Position numbers and translations under genes: made by a program. This document shows, piece by piece, positions 46,538 to 57,396 of a stretch of 64,000 bases of DNA. Position 1 is the first letter of the stretch; each line of letters starts with the position of its first letter. Below the pieces are notes generated by a model. It ran no database searches, had not been told where the DNA came from, and worked only from the letters and a program-made list of their open reading frames with translations. The stretch lies in contig CAZEAY010000001.1 in assembly GCA_964510655.1 (NCBI GenBank), forward strand, positions 99,302-163,301. Reading direction: 5' to 3'. This DNA is from an uncultured Candidatus Saccharibacteria bacterium. GTDB lineage: Bacteria; Patescibacteriota; Minisyncoccia; Phycocordibacterales; XYD1-FULL-46-19.

Positions 46538-47350
46538 ATGTATTCTGATTCAATTATAAGGAAAAAGGGAAAATTGCCAGGTAAAACAGTTGCTATTTTT
46601 GCGGGTATTCATGGTAATGAAAAAGTAGGTGTACTAACTCTCCAAAAGATAATAAAAGAGATTAAAATTATTTCGGGAACTGTTTATTTTGTTTTTGCTA
46701 ATCCTCCAGCGATAAATAAAAATAAAAGAAGTCTAAACAAAAATCTTAACCGTCTTTTCAGTAGAGATGTTGAAGGAAGTGATTTTGAGAATAGACGCGC
46801 AAATGAGCTAATGGATATTTTAGATAAATGTGATGCTCTTCTGGATATCCACTCCTATAACAGTAAAAAAGGTGACCAGTTTGCCATCTCTGAAAAGAGA
46901 GGACATAAGATACTAGAAAATATGAATTTCCCGATAATAGGGAGTGGTTTTAGCAAGCTCGGTTTTGGTACAGATGGATATATGGAAAAACAAAATAAGA
47001 TTGGTATATGTATCGAATGCGGGACGACAAATAGGTATAAGAATTTTCTTAATTTAGCAGAAAGTTCAGTTTATCAATTTTTATATTATTTCAACTGTAT
47101 TGATAAAAAGGTCGAGTATTCAAAAGTTAAACAAAAATATGTACAGGTAAAAAGAATGCTTTACAAGAAGACTTCGCAATTTAAATTTACAAAGGAATAT
47201 AAAGATTTCGAAATATTGCCGAATAAAACTCCTTTTGCTGTTGATGGGGAGATAAGATATATTGCCTCAAAGAATGAGTGTGTTTTATTCCCACGCCCTA
47301 ATGTTAAGGTTGGAGAAGAGGTGGGTATCATTGGTGAGTTTGTAAACTAA
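46538..47350 (+). CDS. succinylglutamate desuccinylase/aspartoacylase-family zinc hydrolase
   Basis: AIFAGIHGNEKVG zinc-binding motif, LDIHS second His ligand, C-terminal beta domain. Confidence 0.7.
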   Translation: MYSDSIIRKKGKLPGKTVAIFAGIHGNEKVGVLTLQKIIKEIKIISGTVYFVFANPPAINKNKRSLNKNLNRLFSRDVEGSDFENRRANELMDILDKCDALLDIHSYNSKKGDQFAISEKRGHKILENMNFPIIGSGFSKLGFGTDGYMEKQNKIGICIECGTTNRYKNFLNLAESSVYQFLYYFNCIDKKVEYSKVKQKYVQVKRMLYKKTSQFKFTKEYKDFEILPNKTPFAVDGEIRYIASKNECVLFPRPNVKVGEEVGIIGEFVN

Positions 47351-47391
47351 AATTTATACTAGTAATATTTCGTTTTTTTTGGGTTTAATTA

Positions 47392-47477
47392 CTTCCCAAA
47401 ATTTTAAACCCCCGAAGCACATCCCAGCCTCGGGGGTTTCTCCTTTCTTTATTTTGGTATCTGAAAGAGTGCGATTC
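47392..47477. repeat. 86-bp direct repeat copy A, which is a terminator hairpin plus a duplicated gene 3' end
   Basis: About 90% identical to 48913-48998; contains hairpin cccccga...tcggggg and the string ttattttggtatctgaaagag, which on the minus strand encodes ...ALFQIPK*. Confidence 0.85.
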
Positions 47478-47527
47478 TTAGAGACATATGGGATATAATT
47501 TTTAGGTAAAAAGAGATTAATTGCCAC

Positions 47528-47555
47528 TTGACATTTTATATTTTAAGTGTATAAA
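47528..47555 (+). promoter_or_regulatory. strong sigma70-like promoter inside the cassette
   Basis: TTGACA, 16-nt spacer, TATAAA; followed by a leader of about 150 nt with a perfect hairpin gttcggta-ttat-accgaac. Confidence 0.55.
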
Positions 47556-47711
47556 TATCTTTAGATGGTTTGTCTAAGCAGGGGTGTGATTTGGTGTCGG
47601 CATTTTGGGCGTTTATGTGCTTAAAGTGCCGCTACCAAATGAGTTCGGTATTATACCGAACCGCTTATCACAAGTAAGTAATTATGGCGGTGACCAAACA
47701 AGGAGGCCGTT

Positions 47712-48230
47712 ATGTCACGAGAAAAGGAAGTGACCTGCATTGAGATTGACTGCTCGCGTAGTATGAGTTGGACTCTCTCAGTACTCCCCAGCCCCCGCCG
47801 ATGGTTTCGTAGCTACCCGTTTTATCTGAGGCAAATCAAGATGGAACTGGATGGCACTCGGGGCGAGCTCTTATTCGTCTTTGAGACGAAATATTACCGG
47901 TGGACTTGTTCTAATGAGGTGGCGCGTAGTATCGAGCCATTGGTGCAAGACTTGATGGAAGACGGGCTCTTCACCTATGTGAGCTCGTGGGGGTACGCGT
48001 CTAACGTGACTTTCAGCTTCAATGCTGTTAACGGTGAGAAATTCACTGAAACAGCAATGAAGAGGATGGTGCTACTGGTTAAGACCCTATTTGGTCGTGA
48101 CGCAGTCAATCACATCTCGCCACCCCGTATCTTTCGTGTGACTCGTCGATGGGTGAACGGTTCCTGGATGGATTATGGGGACGTTGTCTGGTACAAGATG
48201 CGGAAGGTATTTCCAAGCGAAACCTTCTGA
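47712..48230 (+). CDS. hypothetical protein (GC-rich, SD-bearing)
   Basis: aaggagg SD 5 nt before the ATG; W/R/Y-rich; no motif I can name. Confidence 0.5.
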   Translation: MSREKEVTCIEIDCSRSMSWTLSVLPSPRRWFRSYPFYLRQIKMELDGTRGELLFVFETKYYRWTCSNEVARSIEPLVQDLMEDGLFTYVSSWGYASNVTFSFNAVNGEKFTETAMKRMVLLVKTLFGRDAVNHISPPRIFRVTRRWVNGSWMDYGDVVWYKMRKVFPSETF

Positions 48231-48248
48231 TTCTCGTATAAGGAAACT

Positions 48249-48288
48249 GGCCCGCTAAGGCGAAAGCTGAGGCGGGCTCTTTTTTTTT
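48249..48288 (+). terminator. Rho-independent terminator
   Basis: ggcccgc-taaggcgaaagctgag-gcgggc followed by tttttttttt; an extended -10 TGgTATAAT follows at 48321-48329. Confidence 0.8.
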
Positions 48289-48544
48289 GTCACTTTTTAG
48301 ATGTTCGGGACGCGTTAGAATGGTATAATAAAAACACTGGAATGTCCTTTTTAAGTGTAAAAATCGCGTCGAAATTAGCAAATTTTGGCGGAGATAAATT
48401 TATATTAAGTGAGCTACTACTAAAAAAGCTACAATAAATATCGCTCGATTTGCAAAAAATTATTAAAATAGTACTATCTTACTCAGGCTATCTGGTTTTA
48501 GATAGGAAAAGTAAAACCATCTTTTGAATTAAGGAGGGGGTGTA

Positions 48545-48835
48545 ATGCTTACACTGTATCTGATTCTCGTCGTTGTCATCTTGGGTCTCACTTGTGCGTG
48601 CAAGTACAAGTGTCCCAAATGTGGTTCTTTTTCCTCCGAGATCAAGACTCTTGAGTCTGGATCTTGGGGTGAGTGTGTTGGGGGTATTCTTTTTTCTGAC
48701 CCCTACGTGCTGGTGAAAGAGGTTCGCATTTGCCGATGTTGTCAAAATCAAAGAGTCCTTTCGCAGACTACTCGGTCGGCGACTGACGCAGACGATCATT
48801 TGTTTGATCAACAACCAGAGTCTCATCAACCCTGA
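48545..48835 (+). CDS. hypothetical small Cys-rich membrane-anchored protein
   Basis: aaggaggggg SD; N-terminal TM; CxxC...CxxC pairs (CKYKCPKCG, CRCCQNQ). Confidence 0.45.
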   Translation: MLTLYLILVVVILGLTCACKYKCPKCGSFSSEIKTLESGSWGECVGGILFSDPYVLVKEVRICRCCQNQRVLSQTTRSATDADDHLFDQQPESHQP

Positions 48836-48912
48836 TTGTTGTTACTATGTATGAAACTCTTAACCCCTTCTAAACCTTGCGATAACATCAAGAGGTTTTT
48901 TAATTTCAATAT

Positions 48913-48998
48913 CTTCCAAAATTTAAACCCCCGAAGCTCATCCCTAGCTTCGGGGGTTTTCTCCTTTCTTTATTTTGGTATCTGAAAGAGCGCAATCC
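48913..48998. repeat. 86-bp direct repeat copy B, the terminator and 3' end of the 2H phosphoesterase gene
   Basis: Perfect 11-bp stem cccccgaagct/agcttcggggg plus a T-run; its right part encodes the last 14 codons of the minus-strand gene. Confidence 0.85.
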
Positions 48999-49503
48999 TT
49001 TCCCACTTTCCTCCTTCCTGTGGTTTTCGGTGGACCTCAATGGTCTCCATTGGAATGTTCATTTCCTGACGAAACATATTCTGCACTTCCGGCCAGATGC
49101 GATCGAAGACTCTGTGGGTCTTTTCGGCGACCGTGATATGTAGAGTATTGTCATCGTCATAGGGGCCATGCTCATATTCGGGTAGTCGTAGCAAGAGGTT
49201 AGTGATACCAGTCCAAAGATCAGCCACTACTCGGGTGGCGTGAACAGGTAAGACAATGAACTGCTTGCCGAAAGGAAATAGATGACTGACGGTGACCCGT
49301 GTCCTTTTGACTTGCAGAACCATGCTCTCGGTGAGATCCAGAATCTTTTCTTCGGCGATATTTTTGATCGGCCGATGAAAAGTAACATGGGGACCGAGGC
49401 TTGGTGGTGGCAGACCAGTTTTCTCTGCCATCTTCCTTGCTAGTTCCTCTAATTCCCCAAGATGGGGATTGGGAACGGCGAAGAGGACTAGATATTTATA
49501 CAT
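48970..49503 (-). CDS. 2H phosphoesterase superfamily protein (LigT/2'-5' RNA ligase-like)
   Basis: Two H-x-T/S-x motifs (GPHVTFH and TLHITVAEK) about 85 aa apart; aaaggagg SD. Confidence 0.65.
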   Translation of the reverse strand: MYKYLVLFAVPNPHLGELEELARKMAEKTGLPPPSLGPHVTFHRPIKNIAEEKILDLTESMVLQVKRTRVTVSHLFPFGKQFIVLPVHATRVVADLWTGITNLLLRLPEYEHGPYDDDNTLHITVAEKTHRVFDRIWPEVQNMFRQEMNIPMETIEVHRKPQEGGKWERIALFQIPK

Positions 49504-49617
49504 AATTCCTCCTTTGGGATAGTGTTGTCTGGTCTGATACTAGGGATTGGGGATAGATTTGTCAATCTGGTCAAGATTGTTAGTAAAAATTATCTAGTGT
49601 AGGATTAGATAAACAAT

Positions 49618-50241
49618 ATGGCTACTAAAAAACAATTAAAGAAAAATAATAAAGAAGAACCAATCGTAAATTTTCTCTATGAGTTGGGCACTTTGCGTAA
49701 AATCATGCGAGCGCATCGTCAAGTGTTTTTATCAGATGACTCTTCTGATAATATTGCTTCTCATTCTTATCGCGTCACAATGATTAGTTGGTTTTTAGCC
49801 AAAGCCGAGGGGGCTGATCTGTATAAAACAGTAATGATGAGTTTATTGCATGACATTGGAGAAGTCCGCACCAATGACCACAATTGGATTCATAAGAGAT
49901 ATCTTAAAATTTTTGATGAACAAATAATTGATGAACAACTAAACCCACTACCTTATCCCGATTTGAAAAATATTCTCACTGAGTATGAAAAAAGAGAAAG
50001 TTTGGAAGCTGTATTGGCTAAGGAGGCTGATGTGTTAGACCAAATTTTTCTTCTTCGTGAATATGAGTGGTCGGGACACAAAGAAGCAACTATTTGGCTT
50101 TATGGTAAGGGTAAAGCTACGGTAAATGCTCAGTTGCAGAAACTCAAAACAAAAACAGGTCGGCTAATGGGAGAGCAAATATATAAAACTAACCCCTCTG
50201 ACTGGTGGAATGATATATGGACATCAAAAAATAGAAAATAA
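49618..50241 (+). CDS. HD-domain phosphohydrolase (YfbR-like 5'-nucleotidase family)
   Basis: H...HD motif (HSYRVTM...LLHDIGE) plus a downstream D. Confidence 0.7.
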   Translation: MATKKQLKKNNKEEPIVNFLYELGTLRKIMRAHRQVFLSDDSSDNIASHSYRVTMISWFLAKAEGADLYKTVMMSLLHDIGEVRTNDHNWIHKRYLKIFDEQIIDEQLNPLPYPDLKNILTEYEKRESLEAVLAKEADVLDQIFLLREYEWSGHKEATIWLYGKGKATVNAQLQKLKTKTGRLMGEQIYKTNPSDWWNDIWTSKNRK

Positions 50242-50963
50242 TGAATAATAATTTTCTTAAAAGAGCGGTCGACCCTAAGCAGTATGATTTTTCAGATGTT
50301 TTTTGGGATAAAGAAATTAGTTTAAAATCTTCTCCAACAAGAGAATGGTTCTGGGAATATCTAAAACAAAATCAAAATTTTTGGCTGAACAAAGATGTTT
50401 TGGATATCGGATGTGGCACTGGTTGGTCTGTTGATTTATTTTTATCTAATGGCGCTAAGTCGGTTCAAGGATTTGATCCATCAGAAAAAAGTGTTCGACT
50501 GGCACACACATTACATCCAGATTTAAATATCCGTTTAGATAGTTTAGAGTCTTTTTCCTCGGAAATCGAATATGATTTTATTGTTTCTATTATGAGTTTC
50601 GGACATATCGAGAATGTTGAACACGCTTTTCAAAAAGTATTTACATTATTAAAACCAAAGGGACGTTTTTTGCTTTTTGTGCCAAATTATGATTATTTCA
50701 AAAAGCCCCGTTATAACTATCAAATAAAAGTAAGCGATATAAATGATGGTGAATATGTGGCTCAGATTCTCAGACCGCACTGGGGAACCATTGCTGAAAT
50801 TGTGAGAAAAACTTCTGTGTATAAAACAATAGCCGAAATGGTCGGTTTTGGTTTAGTCATGGAGGATCAATTAAAACCGACTGAAAATTTGATAAAACGG
50901 TCTCCTTATTATGAGGAGACAAAAAATGATACCCTGGTTGATCTGTTTATTTTTAGAAAATAG
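50241..50963 (+). CDS. class I SAM-dependent methyltransferase
   Basis: Motif I VLDIGCGTGW, motif II acidic residue GFDPSEK, motif IV. Confidence 0.75.
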   Translation: MNNNFLKRAVDPKQYDFSDVFWDKEISLKSSPTREWFWEYLKQNQNFWLNKDVLDIGCGTGWSVDLFLSNGAKSVQGFDPSEKSVRLAHTLHPDLNIRLDSLESFSSEIEYDFIVSIMSFGHIENVEHAFQKVFTLLKPKGRFLLFVPNYDYFKKPRYNYQIKVSDINDGEYVAQILRPHWGTIAEIVRKTSVYKTIAEMVGFGLVMEDQLKPTENLIKRSPYYEETKNDTLVDLFIFRK

Positions 50964-51047
50964 CCTATACCAAATCCTTGTTTCCATTTTAAATTTTAGT
51001 GCTATAATTTAATTAAATTATCTCAGGGGTTTAATATTTATAAATAT

Positions 51048-51539
51048 ATGCAAAAAGCGGCTATTCCGGTCAATGAGGATGCCCGTATCTGCGCTGTCCA
51101 AGATTTAAAAATTTTGGACACTAAGACCGAAGAAAGGTTTGATCGCCTGACCAAAGAGGCCACGGTTAGATTTTCTGTTCCAATGTCCACCATTACGGTT
51201 GTCGATCGTAGTCGAGAGTGGTTTAAGTCGGAACAAGGAATCGGTAAGCGAGAGGGTCCACGTGATATTTCTTTTTGTGGACATGCTCTCTTAAGTCAGG
51301 ATATTTTGATTATCGAAGATACTTCATTAGACTCACGTTTTGCCGATAACCCAATGGTGATTGGAGCACCGTTTGTCAGGTTCTACGCTGGTAAATCACT
51401 TTATGAGTATAAGAGTAATTTACCGGTTGGAGTTTTTTGTATTAAAGATATCAAACCAAAAAAAATGACGCCAGATGATATTAGTGATTTTTTGGAATTA
51501 GCTAAAAAAGCGGAAGTAGAACTAAATAAAGTGATTTAA
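51048..51539 (+). CDS. stand-alone GAF domain protein
   Basis: GAF-fold spacing with ...RFADNPMV...PFVRFYAGKSL... Confidence 0.55.
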   Translation: MQKAAIPVNEDARICAVQDLKILDTKTEERFDRLTKEATVRFSVPMSTITVVDRSREWFKSEQGIGKREGPRDISFCGHALLSQDILIIEDTSLDSRFADNPMVIGAPFVRFYAGKSLYEYKSNLPVGVFCIKDIKPKKMTPDDISDFLELAKKAEVELNKVI

Positions 51540-51564
51540 TAAGGTTAATGATTTTTAATAAAAT

Positions 51565-51795
51565 ATGGCAACTTTCGAAAGTGAACAACAACCTAAAGTT
51601 ATTGAGCAAATAGATTTTCTACAACCAGAAGAACCCCCAAAGGTTCAAAAGATTTCTGGGATGGAAAATCCTGTTGTTGCCCCACAACAAACTTATTCAC
51701 CAGAAAACACTTTTGTTTGTTCGGATTGTGAAAATGCTGACCGTAACTGTACCCGCTGTCATGGTCGGAATTATGGTTATTTCCCTAAGAATTAG
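51565..51795 (+). CDS. hypothetical small protein with a C-terminal zinc ribbon
   Basis: CSDCEN...CTRCHG. Confidence 0.4.
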   Translation: MATFESEQQPKVIEQIDFLQPEEPPKVQKISGMENPVVAPQQTYSPENTFVCSDCENADRNCTRCHGRNYGYFPKN

Positions 51796-51850
51796 TTTCA
51801 TTTAAAAAATCTAAAAAATCTCAGATTTTCATCTGAGGTTTTTTTGTATT

Positions 51851-52579
51851 CTATTTTAATCCCAGTTCTTTTAGGAAGTTTTCTTTTTCTTGGCCGACAA
51901 TTTCTCTAACTTGTCCATCCCGGAGATCATTTAATTTGATATTTATAATTCTAGTGCGTTTTAGGTCTAGGACCTGATAACCTAAAGCTGCACACATTCG
52001 GCGAATTTGGTGTTTTTTACCTTCGGTAATGGTTAGGAAAAATTCTGTTGGACTAATCTTCGATAGTTTACTTGGCTTAGTAGTAAAATCTTCCAATTTT
52101 AAGCTGGAAGTAATTGCCTTCTGAAACATTGGGGTCAATTTTTTGTCGACAGTTACCTGGTATTCTTTTTCGTGTTCGTTCTCTGACTCTAGTAAACGAC
52201 CAGTAATTCGAGTGTCATTAGTGAGAATAATTAGACCATGGGATTCTTTATCTAAGCGCCCAATGGGAGTAAGGGGGTTTTTATGTTTTACCAAATCAGC
52301 AATAGATTTTTGTCCAGGTTCTGGATTGGTCACGATTCCAACAGGCTTATTAAAAGCCAAGTAAACATAAGCCGCCTCTTTTTGTGCAAGAGTTTTGTGA
52401 TCGACAGTAACTGTATCTTCTTTGTTTACTCGGTCACCTAAAACAGCAATTTTGCCATTTAAAATCACTTTGCCGTCCGCAATCAATTTGTCGGCTTCTC
52501 GGCGAGAAGCTATTCCTTGTTTCGATAAATATTGATTTATCCGCATTGGATATGGATTTTTATCGTTTTTTTCGATCAT
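51851..52579 (-). CDS. rRNA pseudouridine synthase (RsuA/RluB family) with an S4 domain
   Basis: S4 motif RINQYLSKQGIASRREADKLI; catalytic Asp in GRLDKESHGLIILTND. Confidence 0.85.
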   Translation of the reverse strand: MIEKNDKNPYPMRINQYLSKQGIASRREADKLIADGKVILNGKIAVLGDRVNKEDTVTVDHKTLAQKEAAYVYLAFNKPVGIVTNPEPGQKSIADLVKHKNPLTPIGRLDKESHGLIILTNDTRITGRLLESENEHEKEYQVTVDKKLTPMFQKAITSSLKLEDFTTKPSKLSKISPTEFFLTITEGKKHQIRRMCAALGYQVLDLKRTRIINIKLNDLRDGQVREIVGQEKENFLKELGLK

Positions 52580-52652
52580 TGGTATAGCATAACAGAAATT
52601 TTACCTTTGGCTAGATTGTGAAGAAAGCTGTTCTTGATATAATTGTCGGTAT

Positions 52653-52964
52653 ATGAACAAATTCGAACCTTTAAATCTTGAAACAGAGAGTGTGCCGACC
52701 GAAGAATTGCTCCCGATTTCCTTTATTACTAAGCTAAAAGACTCTCTCCGGGAAAGACTTGATCCGTCGGAGGGTCAGCAAGAGGATGCCGATCAGATGC
52801 GAGCCTTAATTGAGTTGAAACTTCAAGGTTTGAGAAATAATTATCCTGATTGGCAAGTTTATCAAACCTATTATGTTTTAAGTGGTCAGCCTGTACCAAA
52901 GAATATTTCTAAGGTTGATTTTCCTGACGACGACTCTATTATTGCCTTCATTGAAAGTCTCTAG
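52653..52964 (+). CDS. hypothetical protein, member of a local two-gene paralog family
   Basis: C-terminal NYPDWQVYQTYYVL...DFPDDDSIIAFIESL matches 53823-54137. Confidence 0.5.
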   Translation: MNKFEPLNLETESVPTEELLPISFITKLKDSLRERLDPSEGQQEDADQMRALIELKLQGLRNNYPDWQVYQTYYVLSGQPVPKNISKVDFPDDDSIIAFIESL

Positions 52965-53085
52965 TTGTTTTTTGGGTGATTTTTTAAAGCCGTTTTTTCT
53001 CGGTGTTTTTTATTTGTCTTTTGCAAATTGGGTGTATGATTAAATAAGGACTTGGTCTAATCGCTAATAGTTAATTTAAAAAAAT

Positions 53086-53538
53086 ATGAAAATTAAACAT
53101 GTGGTTAGCTCTGACGTTATTACCATAAATCAAAATGCCACTTATCGGGAGGCGGCTAATATTTTGTATCACTCTAAAATTAGTGGGGCACCAGTCGTGG
53201 ATAACGACGGTAATCTGGTGGGGATGCTTTCGGAGAAAGATTTGTTTAAAGTGCTTTACCCTTATGAATCAAGTTTTTCGACTAACCCGGAAATGTATTT
53301 AGATTTTGAAATGCGGGAAAATAAAATTGATGAAATTAAAGATCGTCCGATTAGGGAATATATGACGAAGCAAGTTTTTACAGTAAACAGTGAGACGCCC
53401 ATTTTAAAGGCTGGAGGATTGATGTTGGCCAAAGGTATTCATCGTCTACCTGTTTTAGATGAAGGAAAGTTAGTTGGCATCGTCTCACGAGAAGATATTT
53501 TTGGTATAATTCTTAAGAATCATTTAAACCTAGAATAA
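53086..53538 (+). CDS. CBS-domain pair protein
   Basis: Two CBS repeats (…GAPVVDNDGNLVGMLSEKDL… and …LPVLDEGKLVGIVSREDI…). Confidence 0.8.
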   Translation: MKIKHVVSSDVITINQNATYREAANILYHSKISGAPVVDNDGNLVGMLSEKDLFKVLYPYESSFSTNPEMYLDFEMRENKIDEIKDRPIREYMTKQVFTVNSETPILKAGGLMLAKGIHRLPVLDEGKLVGIVSREDIFGIILKNHLNLE

Positions 53539-53550
53539 TTTATTTTAAAA

Positions 53551-53811
53551 ATGACTGTTTTTTCGGAAAAAGTTTTAGCCGTGGTGAAAAATATTAAGGC
53601 TGGAAAGACCATGACTTATAAAGAGGTGGCGATTTTGGCGGGACGATCGGGAGCTTCGCGGGCGGTCGGAAATATTTTAAATAAAAATTATAATCCGCTT
53701 ATACCTTGCCATCGAGTGATTCGGTCCGACGGAAGAGCGGGTGGATATAATCGGGGTCGTCGCAAGAAAATTAAAATTTTAGAGGCAGAAAAAGCTAATT
53801 TTAAAAAATAA
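53551..53811 (+). CDS. minimal methylated-DNA-protein-cysteine methyltransferase (MGMT C-terminal DNA-binding/active-site domain only)
   Basis: Active-site motif IPCHRVIRSDG with Cys retained; 86 aa, no N-terminal domain. Confidence 0.7.
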   Translation: MTVFSEKVLAVVKNIKAGKTMTYKEVAILAGRSGASRAVGNILNKNYNPLIPCHRVIRSDGRAGGYNRGRRKKIKILEAEKANFKK

Positions 53812-53822
53812 TTATTTTTATT

Positions 53823-54137
53823 ATGACAATCGAAAATCCGGAAAAAATTACTAGTCTGGAAGATGTCTTATCGCCAGAGGATTATCAAAAATATCTAGAA
53901 ATAAAAGATTTGGCCAGTCGTCAGTTTGCTGAAGCAGAGCAATCTGGGAAGAAGTTACAGATTTTTCAGCATTGGTCAGAGATGGCAAATAGATTGAGAA
54001 AAGATTACCCCGAGGCGCAAAGTTACGCACTTTTCCATGTTCTTCTCTTTAGTGGTGCCAGACTAGATGAAATTAAACACCTAGATTTTCCTGGGGATGA
54101 TTCAATAGAAGCTTTTTTAAAGAAAAGTAATCTATAG
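53823..54137 (+). CDS. hypothetical protein, paralog of 52653-52964
   Basis: DYPEAQSYALFHVL...DFPGDDSIEAFLKK. Confidence 0.5.
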   Translation: MTIENPEKITSLEDVLSPEDYQKYLEIKDLASRQFAEAEQSGKKLQIFQHWSEMANRLRKDYPEAQSYALFHVLLFSGARLDEIKHLDFPGDDSIEAFLKKSNL

Positions 54138-54234
54138 TGTTATCAACAACCATTATTCCTTGATTGTTTTAGAAATAGGTGGTACTGTTTTTAGTGGATA
54201 TTCTATCCACCCAGCCTTCTTTGGGAGGGGTACC

Positions 54235-55819
<1,585 letters not shown>

Positions 55820-55888
55820 TTTCTATGAATCTGTTATAGTTTTAAAGGTACGACTGTTCCTTATCTATCTCCAAAGGAGTTCCCGCCG

Positions 55889-56074
55889 ATGTGTCCGAAG
55901 TCAGAAACTAAAGTTCAGCAGAATCCCTCTCCGGAGGCTGCTAATCCTATCGGTTATCGGATGGTCGACGTGGACGGTAGGTGCTGCCGTGTCAGTATCT
56001 ATCGGCCTTTTGTGCCGATTCCGTATCAGCAAATACTCTGTCGCCCCCGGCGTCCCCAGGTCGTGATGGAGTAA
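55889..56074 (+). CDS. hypothetical small Cys/Pro-rich protein (GC-rich, SD-bearing)
   Basis: aaaggag SD 8 nt upstream of the ATG; 61 aa; may be non-coding. Confidence 0.3.
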   Translation: MCPKSETKVQQNPSPEAANPIGYRMVDVDGRCCRVSIYRPFVPIPYQQILCRPRRPQVVME

Positions 56075-56278
56075 TTACCTCTTGCTCCTGTTGATTTCTT
56101 TGCTCGTTCAGACGATCAAAGGGATATTCTTGTTTAACCCCAATACCTGCTGTTGTAGAGGGGTTTTTCTTTTGGAAGGGTTATTGATACTTGCTTTTAT
56201 CTTGTATTGTGTTATAATCTAAGAAGATCAAAATCTCGCGTAGGCGAGTTTTATTATTTCCAAGGATGGTAGTGTTGT

Positions 56279-56677
56279 ATGAATGTGCAATCCTTAATCT
56301 CCCGTCTCAGGGAGATCCAAAAGAACGGGAAACCGATGTGCTCGTTTCGGGCTCGGTTGGTGGCTGATTGGCTGATTTCAGCCAAAGAGGCCAGAGACAT
56401 TACTTCGGAAGTCATTTCTTATGAAGATCTCCATTCCTTGGTTGGTCGCATGTTTGCGGCTATCTCCAGTCAGGTTTTGGAAATCGATATCAAATATCTT
56501 CCATTTGTGAAGTCTCACCGAGGAAATCCCTTACTCGATGAGGTTATCCATCAGGGTGAGATTCGTTTCCAGCTTGAGCTGGCAACCAGTATCTCGACTG
56601 ATGTGGCGAAACATGCTCGTCGTTTGTACCTTACTCTCTGGGCACACTCCAGACACCAGTATCAGGATGTGGCCTAA
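56279..56677 (+). CDS. hypothetical protein (GC-rich island)
   Basis: Extended -10 TGtTATAAT about 60 nt upstream; aaggatgg SD-like; no known motif. Confidence 0.45.
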   Translation: MNVQSLISRLREIQKNGKPMCSFRARLVADWLISAKEARDITSEVISYEDLHSLVGRMFAAISSQVLEIDIKYLPFVKSHRGNPLLDEVIHQGEIRFQLELATSISTDVAKHARRLYLTLWAHSRHQYQDVA

Positions 56678-56789
56678 GCTGATTTACATAGATCCCGCGC
56701 CGTTGTCAGATGGCGTGGGATTTCTTTTTGACATTTTTTATAATTGAGTTATAATTTAAAGAGAAATTCTATTCCCGAAGAGGTAGGTT

Positions 56790-57308
56790 ATGACAATTTG
56801 CCCCGCTCCGGCTCCCGTTGCCCCCGTTACCACCTGGGGTACACCTCTCACTTTAGAGGAGAGGAAGATGGTCAGGTACCGGACTTCTATGGTGCCAAGA
56901 CTTTTTTTCAGTAATGTACAAACCCGTCGAAAGAGGTTTATTCCTGTCTTTTTCCGGTTGGAAATTGGCGGGGTAGATTTTCAGTTACTCTTGCGGTTTC
57001 GGGACGGAATCCGCCCCCACTCTCTGCCGAAAGGGTTTACGGTTACGACTCAGGCTTTCGATGTCGTGCTTTATCGAAAGTGGAAACTATTTCGTCGTGA
57101 TCGCGACTACGTGGAAGCCGATTATCCTTTCTTTATCCACGACGAACTCAAGTCTTTGATCGTGCGGATATGGAGGGGATATGACTATATTGACTACTGT
57201 GGTCAGTTGGTCGAGAGTGAGAAGTATGCTCACTTACCTCCGGGTTCCACTGTTCTTTCTCGCAGAGTTGCTCTAGAGCGACTGAAGAGGGTACGAAAAG
57301 TGGCGTGA
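56790..57308 (+). CDS. hypothetical protein (GC-rich island)
   Basis: gaagaggtagg SD-like; R/F/Y-rich; followed by a terminator. Confidence 0.45.
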   Translation: MTICPAPAPVAPVTTWGTPLTLEERKMVRYRTSMVPRLFFSNVQTRRKRFIPVFFRLEIGGVDFQLLLRFRDGIRPHSLPKGFTVTTQAFDVVLYRKWKLFRRDRDYVEADYPFFIHDELKSLIVRIWRGYDYIDYCGQLVESEKYAHLPPGSTVLSRRVALERLKRVRKVA

Positions 57309-57319
57309 GTCACGTCTTC

Positions 57320-57354
57320 GAAGAGGGGTTCCGATGAACCCCTCTTTTCTTTTG
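57320..57354 (+). terminator. Rho-independent terminator
   Basis: gaagagggg-ttccgatgaa-cccctcttt followed by a T-run. Confidence 0.8.
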
Positions 57355-57396
57355 TCTAAAAATGTTTTATAATTTAAATCTATTTTTTTTGTATTT

